64,000 bases of DNA from Cetorhinus maximus (taxonomy: Eukaryota): the NCBI RefSeq assembly GCF_964194155.1, contig NC_135899.1, positions 81,840,001-81,904,000 of the forward strand, written 5' to 3'. Positions 61,371 to 64,000 of the stretch are shown here, piece by piece; the stretch's first letter is position 1; the number at the start of each line of letters is the position of its first letter. The position numbers and the translations under genes were made by a program. The notes under the pieces were generated by a model. That model was given only the letters and a program-made list of their open reading frames with translations. It did no database searches and had not been told where the DNA came from.

Positions 61371-61741
61371 TATAACTAACAAATATGTTAGAATCATAAA
61401 CAGGGGGACGCATTCCTTATTCTACCAATAGAAAAGGTCCAATTTTAAATTGGGGTGGGAACTGGATCAGAGGGAGCCTAAGGTGAGTACCTCATCCACA
61501 TGACCTCAGGAGATCTTAATTCCTCGACCTCATCTGCATATCCCTGGTTAGCGGCATGCCCAACAGCAGCAGGAAATGCCAATTGGTCTGAGGGCAGGAG
61601 AGGAATATTGAGTGGTGGGAAGCTCCAAGCCAAGGAACCTTCACTTAGGTAAGTCGGGTTTCAGAAGAGTTTCACAATTTGAAAGGGAGGGTGGAGAGCA
61701 TGGCAGTCGGGTGGGTGGGGAGCAACTCAAACTTTCTTTGT

Positions 61742-62200
61742 GGAACATGGGAACAGGAGGAGGCCATTCAGCCCTTTGAGTCTGATCCGCCCACCATTCA
61801 ATGAGATCACGGCTGACCTGTATCCTAGCTCCATCCACCTGCTTTGGCTCCATAGCCCTTAAAGCCCTGGATTAATTCGCAATAATCTATCGATCTCAGG
61901 TTTAGAATGATTAATTGAGATAGCATTTACTGCTTTTTGTGGGAGAGAATTCCGCACTTTTACCACCTTTTCGGTGTAGAAGTGTTTCCTAACCACTCTC
62001 TGAAAGGCCTGGCTCTGATTTTAAGGTTTTGCCCCCTTGTCCTAGACTTCACCCCCACCCACCCCTTCAGAAAATGTTTCTTTCTATCGATGATATCAGA
62101 ACCTCAAACAAATCAGGGAAATATTCCAGGGAAATGAAAGGCTAGTTTATAAAATGTCTCATTCCTCATAATCTAACTCTTAGAGCTCTGGTAACATTCT
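61742..62200 (-). mobile_element. CR1 3' fragment
   Basis: gaacatgggaacaggaggaggccattcagccc tail; tctaggacaagggggcaaaaccttaaaatcagagcc. Confidence 0.8.
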
Positions 62201-62204
62201 GGTA

Positions 62205-62425
62205 TGGAAACCTTGTGGTGCAATGGGTAGCGACCCTACTTCTAAGCCAGAAGCTCTGGGTGTGAGTTCCATTCCAGGACTTGATGTCCAAGGAAGGTGC
62301 TTTTAATGACAGCCAAACATTCCAACGCACACCAATGGCAGTTGGTAGGACTGAGAGAGATTCCTGTCAGCCATATGATGGAAAGAATGACGAAGCCTCT
62401 TCCATGACTATCCATAGTTCCAGGC
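62205..62425 (+). mobile_element. tRNA-headed SINE-like fragment
   Basis: tggtgcaatggg (A box-like) ... tctaagccagaagctctgggtgtgagttcc (degenerate B box). Confidence 0.5.
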
Positions 62426-62657
62426 TGTTGTATATTTTAAATCTTGGATCCATGCAGAGATGACACTGGTTTCTTGTAACAGGTTTTATTCACAGTGTTT
62501 TAAAATGTCTACTCCATGCTTCAGCTCTAGTTTCCAGCTCCTTCTACAGCTTTGTTTACTTTTCTCTGATTCCATACCCAGGCTTATCTAATCAAGCACA
62601 ATGAACATCAATAGTAACAGACTCACATAATCAAATACGGAACAATCGACCACTACA
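62426..62657. mobile_element. Solo LTR, related to 31272-31526
   Basis: tgttgta...actaca ends; flanks aggc/atgc; shared blocks with the first copy. Confidence 0.65.
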
Positions 62658-64000
62658 ATGCCGATGCTTGGTTTTGCCTGCCACACACATGTAGAAGTGC
62701 ATGCTGCCACATCAACTCGGATTCCCCCAGTGAACTGTAACATGCCACCATTAGCCTTCTGGTGAATTTTTACTATACTCCTTCCAAAGCCAATAAATCC
62801 TTTCCTGATGCTCACACCTGTACTCAGTACTCATGCTTCTCTAGGCTCCACAGGGAAAGTAAAGTAAAGTTTTGAAAAATGATCTATTTGCATGTGTACT
62901 TGTTCTGGCTCCGGGTCCTCTTCCCAGATGGAAAGCCACAATGCATCCCACCTCAGGCCACCAGTTAAAGTTGCAGTCAGGGTTCATTGACATTATCAGA
63001 CTCTAATCTGCATATTAAAGAAGAATCTTGTTTCTTTCAGGAGTCCAGTTAAGAGGAGATTAAAATAGAAGGCGGCGGGACATCAGTGGGTAAATCTCCC
63101 CTCGTATCAATGATACGAGATGTCCATGCATTTCCTAAAGTGTTTCAATCATTCCTTATTTTTTTGTTTTATGCATCAAAAATTCTTAGTTTAGAGTTGT
63201 CACAACTCCCTTCAGTCCTTTGATACCACTGGTGATGCCCACTAGAGCACTATTTCATGTTATCACACTGGGGAGATTCTACACAGAGTGGTTGTTCCAA
63301 TAAATCTCTAACCAACATTCTAAAGCAGGAGGCAGAACTAGAGGCCCTAGAAAGTGTCAAATTACTCATTGTGTATGATATTTAAGAATGACAGTGTTTG
63401 GCTCCTTTGGCAATGTCAACACAGCTTCCTCCCCCGTCCCTCCCCACCCCCTCAGCCCCCAGCATTTTGGATGACATTGAATCTTAATAATTAGAAGAGC
63501 CCTGTGAATAATACTGGGGACAGGAAGAGTGAAAACACAGATTTAACCGCTGCACTGGGCTGATGCACAATACTGGATGAATAGTTAAAAAAAAAAGCCA
63601 GCAGATTTCTTAATCACGATAGCTTTCCAAACTCTCGCACGCAAAGTTTCACAGGCAAAGGCCATGGCCCAAAGTCTCAGCATCTCACAACTCAGCTTCC
63701 ATTTTTGTTACCCTGCCCAGTGGCCTAGTTTTGATGCTGATGAGTTTTGCTGGTGACAGTTTCTAGCCAGGAGCAAAAATATGTTGTCATTGATAAAACT
63801 CAACCTCAAGCCTTGTACATATGGTGGATGAAGGGAAATCACCGACAGACTTTTACAGTTTGACAGATACCAGCAACAGTAACATTAGCTTTACGCGCAT
63901 CAATGTCTTCCCATCTTCCATGCGTGTTTGGTACCTGGAGACGTCCAAGCCCTACGCAACCTGACATGAAATATTTATGATGTGCACTGGAACTAAAGTA

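Overview
Non-coding vertebrate DNA, most likely from a shark or ray (inferred from the repeat families present). No intact host protein-coding gene, rRNA, true tRNA or CRISPR array is supported. Roughly half the window is decayed, often nested transposons: CR1 and L2 LINE fragments, a CR1-group (Crack-like) LINE family, tRNA-derived SINEs, Deu-domain SINEs, Penelope-like elements (PLEs) with minimal hammerhead ribozymes, Gypsy LTR elements and solo LTRs, and PIF/Harbinger elements and MITEs. The rest is unique, AT-rich intron or gene-desert-like sequence. Highlights: (1) a bounded Gypsy provirus (two LTRs, PBS, PPT, 5-bp TSD) whose RT/RNase H region is replaced by a UACA-like host coiled-coil coding fragment; (2) an ORF1-less LINE starting with a tRNA-Thr-like Pol III head, whose two ends together make up the local SINE; (3) a 238-bp palindromic mini-element built from two head-to-head hammerhead motifs, matching the layout of a 2.2-kb inverted PLE insertion. 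All family assignments come from motif recognition by eye, not database searches. Boundaries are approximate unless a TSD is quoted.
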